A stretch of DNA of 60,245 bases, taken from contig JBBDKX010000038.1 in assembly GCA_040879145.1 (NCBI GenBank), positions 1 through 60,245 of the forward strand. The letters run 5' to 3'. The notes below the pieces were generated by a model. That model did no database searches. It was not told the origin of the DNA and saw only the letters and a list, made by a program, of their open reading frames with translations. Source of the DNA: Candidatus Spechtbacterales bacterium (GTDB lineage: Bacteria; Patescibacteriota; Minisyncoccia; Spechtbacterales; 2-12-FULL-38-22). Shown one piece after another: positions 58,106 through 60,245 of this stretch (positions are counted from its first letter, which is position 1; each line of letters starts with the position of its first letter). The translations under genes were made by a program, and so were the position numbers.

Positions 58106-58408
58106 ATGCCCAGGTATGAGCTCCAAAGGGCTGTAGGTGCCTATGGCGAGTGGTATACTGACAAGATTTTTAATTCGGAAAATGAAGATGAGGCGCGCAA
58201 GATTGCAGCGGACCATATAAGTTCCGCAAGAATGATATTTGGAGATAGAAAGATAAGGATTGTAGAAGTTGTTTACGAGGGCAACTTATATGGCTTAAAT
58301 CACCCCATAGAAGATGATGACAGGTACTTGGAACTGAAGGGAATGCAGCTTGCCGAAGAGACCGAAATGCACCTTAGGGTGAAAAAAGGGAAAAATGAGC
58401 AAGACTGA
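58106..58408 (+). CDS. Hypothetical 100-aa acidic protein with strong Shine-Dalgarno site
   Basis: AAAGGAGG lies 6-7 nt upstream of the ATG, the only canonical GGAGG-type SD I noticed before a CDS in this window. No motif is recognised. Confidence 0.4.
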   Translation: MPRYELQRAVGAYGEWYTDKIFNSENEDEARKIAADHISSARMIFGDRKIRIVEVVYEGNLYGLNHPIEDDDRYLELKGMQLAEETEMHLRVKKGKNEQD

Positions 58409-58634
58409 CAAAAAGAAAGAGGAAAAACTCGGAAGAGAAATTTTAAAAATAATTAATACCCACAAAAGCACGGGATGGTCATTTGATAAAAACGGAAAAA
58501 CAGTAAATATAGGATGTAAGTGTGGCCGGAGAGCTCACAATTTAAACCCCGAAGACTACTTTGCCACTACCAAATCTCATAATCGCCACTTGGTAAAAGT
58601 AATTACCAACTTTGTTCTTACAGAGTCCCCATAA
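58395..58634 (+). CDS. Hypothetical 79-aa basic protein
   Basis: It overlaps the upstream ORF by 14 nt. It is Lys-rich, and its stop codon lies in the loop of the terminator hairpin. Confidence 0.35.
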   Translation: MSKTDKKKEEKLGREILKIINTHKSTGWSFDKNGKTVNIGCKCGRRAHNLNPEDYFATTKSHNRHLVKVITNFVLTESP

Positions 58635-58650
58635 GGGACTCTGTTTTTAT
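58621..58650 (+). terminator. Intrinsic terminator
   Basis: CAGAGTCCC CATAA GGGACTCTG is followed by TTTTTATTT. Confidence 0.75.
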
Positions 58651-58695
58651 TTAAGCTGTATATAATATATACTAAATATTAAAGACTATATTTTT

Positions 58696-59643
58696 ATGAT
58701 AATACTTCTTCACGGCAAGGATACATTTAGAAGCCGTCAAAAATTAAAAGAGCTTGAGGTGGCCTATCAACAAAAACACAAAACCGGTTTTTCGTTTGAA
58801 AAAATAGACGGCTTTAGTACAGATATGAAACAAGTAAAAAACGCGCTTCAGAGCGGGTCTCTTTTTGACTCGTCAAAACTTGTGGTTTTAGAGAATGTGT
58901 CCGCAAACGCGGGACTTAAGGGTGAGTTTGCAGATTGGCAGGGTCTTAGGAGCTTTAAAGGAGATAAAGATAATACAATAATTTTATTTGAAAATTCTTC
59001 TGTTGAAAAAGATAAGGATTATAAAAAAATTATCGCCCTCGCGGATAAAAAACAGGAATTTAAAGAATTGGGCGTAGCGGAAACTGCGAGATGGTTTTTT
59101 GCATATTATGCTAACAGAAGTCCTGTGTCTCTGGATATAATAAAGGAAGTAGTTAGTTTGTGTAGAGGGGATATGTGGTTTATATATAATGAACTAAATA
59201 AAATACGCGCATATAGCCATGGGCGGAAGATAACAAAAAAAACACTGGATGCTGTGTCTGTTGGAGGTGCGGAGGCGCAAATTTTTCCTACAATAGACGC
59301 AATATTTAGAGGTGATACAAACAAAGCTTTTTATAATCTGCTTTTGCAGTGGCGCGCTGGAGAAGCTCCCGAATATGTATTTTATATGATAGTTCGTCAG
59401 CTTAAAATTATAGCCCAAGTAAAAGAACAAAAAGACTTAGGCGTTTCTCCTGATTTAATTGCAAAAAAAATAGGAGAACATCCTTTTGTTGTTAAAAAAA
59501 CACTGAGTATTGTCGGCTTGTTTTCCTGGCCTAAAATAAAAGACCTCTACTCAAGGGTAGGGTCTTTAGATGTAAAAAGTAAAACGGGTCAAATTGATGT
59601 CTACTTATCTTGCGAACTGCTTTCGGCGGCGGTAGCGTCCTGA
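58696..59643 (+). CDS. holA: DNA polymerase III delta subunit
   Basis: 315 aa. The N-terminus MIILLHGKDTFRSRQKLKEL, the overall length, and the pattern ending in a helical C-domain fit short HolA proteins. This is a family-level call. Confidence 0.6.
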   Translation: MIILLHGKDTFRSRQKLKELEVAYQQKHKTGFSFEKIDGFSTDMKQVKNALQSGSLFDSSKLVVLENVSANAGLKGEFADWQGLRSFKGDKDNTIILFENSSVEKDKDYKKIIALADKKQEFKELGVAETARWFFAYYANRSPVSLDIIKEVVSLCRGDMWFIYNELNKIRAYSHGRKITKKTLDAVSVGGAEAQIFPTIDAIFRGDTNKAFYNLLLQWRAGEAPEYVFYMIVRQLKIIAQVKEQKDLGVSPDLIAKKIGEHPFVVKKTLSIVGLFSWPKIKDLYSRVGSLDVKSKTGQIDVYLSCELLSAAVAS

Positions 59644-59927
59644 TTTTTTGCAGAAACTTGGTTTTTTTCATTCCCGGATACCCTCCTTGCGTACAGAGAC
59701 TTTCTGCGATTAGCCGTGTTTTTGTGGAAAATATTTATTTTTGTGGCTTTGTCTATAGCTTTAAAATAAATAGGTAGAAGTTTTTCTGCTTCTTCTTTTT
59801 TACCCTCCTTTAGAAGGTCATCTATTTTTCGGGCAGCTTTTTTGACCCTGTTTTTGTATTGGCGATTGTGCGCTTCCTCTTTTTGGCTTTTGCGCAACGC
59901 CTTTTTTGCATTTGGTAATTGTGGCAC
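59601..59927 (-). CDS. rpsT: 30S ribosomal protein S20 with C-terminal extension
   Basis: NAKKALRKSQKEEAHNRQYKNRVKKAARK...IFHKNTANRRKSLYARRV is the S20 pattern. It has a GTG start and an extra ~25 aa tail overlapping the convergent holA by 43 nt. Confidence 0.85.
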   Translation of the reverse strand: MPQLPNAKKALRKSQKEEAHNRQYKNRVKKAARKIDDLLKEGKKEEAEKLLPIYFKAIDKATKINIFHKNTANRRKSLYARRVSGNEKNQVSAKNQDATAAESSSQDK

Positions 59928-60020
59928 GTTTATTCGCTTCGCCTACCTGTGCGTTGACGCACGCAGACAGGCTCAGTCAAATTAAGAGTTAAAAATGAAA
60001 AATTAAAAATTGAGCGAATG
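59928..60020. repeat. Composite spacer: CGCTTCGC word, GC-rich CGCAGACAGGC block, AATNAAA heptamers
   Basis: CGCTTCGC is at 59935-59942. CGCAGACAGGC at 59962-59972 is identical to 34805-34815. AGTTAAA AATGAAA AATTAAA AATTGAG lie at 59987-60014. Confidence 0.65.
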
Positions 60021-60177
60021 TATTAGTTTAACTATTGTTTTTTACCACCCTTTAACTTTTTATGCAAGCCCTTGCGGAAAGGGTTGTTATAAGTTGAATT
60101 TTTGCGAGAACGGCAAAGGGAATTTAATAGCGATAGGTGAACTTTAAGCCGCAAATTAATGAGGCTTTTAATTGGAC

Positions 60178-60227
60178 AAATAACCTACTAGCAAAAAGAC
60201 GGCCGTCTTTTTGCTAGTAGGTTATTT
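60178..60227. terminator. Perfect 50-nt palindrome
   Basis: AAATAACCTACTAGCAAAAAGACGG / CCGTCTTTTTGCTAGTAGGTTATTT form exact reverse complements with no spacer. Confidence 0.7.
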
Positions 60228-60245
60228 TAACCCTTCAATAGTTTG

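Noticed and set aside
1-60245. Alternative genetic code (UGA recoding as in some CPR lineages)
   Set aside because: Long conserved ORFs are intact under the standard code, and TGA terminates several well-defined genes (for example 57940-57942 and 59641-59643).

Overview
This is a 60.2-kb AT-rich bacterial chromosome segment with few Shine-Dalgarno sites. It uses the standard genetic code, and TGA serves as a stop. The gene content (compact housekeeping set, TrbC/VirB2-like pilin-module proteins, many small membrane proteins) suggests a Candidate Phyla Radiation/Patescibacteria-like organism; that is inference only.

Ordinary content:
- The replication-origin region: rpmH-rnpA-yidD-yidC-jag on the minus strand, DnaA-box clusters on both sides of dnaA, then dnaN and a DUF721-like gene.
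- Housekeeping genes: cysteine desulfurase, cca, rpsO, pnp, comM, uvrD/pcrA, rsmA, PBP1A, tyrS, ruvC-yebC-ruvB, pilB-type ATPase, tsaE, polA, holA, rpsT.
- A histidine kinase with a REC-REC regulator.
- Two intact tRNAs: Arg-TCG and Lys-CTT.

Unusual content:
1. A ~12.7-kb chromosomal T4SS-like locus (20086-32761). It has VirB6-, VirB3/PrgI- and VirB4-like genes but no relaxase or coupling protein. It contains four paralogous proteins in which a conserved pilin-like two-helix module carries different domains: an M23 peptidase, a lytic-transglycosylase-like domain and Cys-rich modules. A fifth, Cys-rich paralog lies at 5774.
2. virB4 is split into two ORFs by a cassette encoding a 23S-rRNA-IVS-type four-helix-bundle protein. 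The cassette is flanked by mutually complementary AGCT-heptamer repeats.
3. A window-wide family of intergenic spacers built from tandem 7-nt 'words' arranged as imperfect hairpins. Many have a GCTCGCTTCRC-type motif directly against a stop codon, plus GC-rich word blocks. The same words appear in frame inside rsmA and inside a partial ThiI-like ORF.
4. Both tRNA loci share the architecture promoter, 5' tRNA fragment, insert, intact tRNA. The insert is a GIY-YIG ORF at Arg and a 155-nt nested-helix RNA-like segment at Lys.
5. Two unassigned structured non-coding regions (13197-13633 and 47980-48154).

All calls come from reading the sequence and ORF translations by eye. No database search was run.
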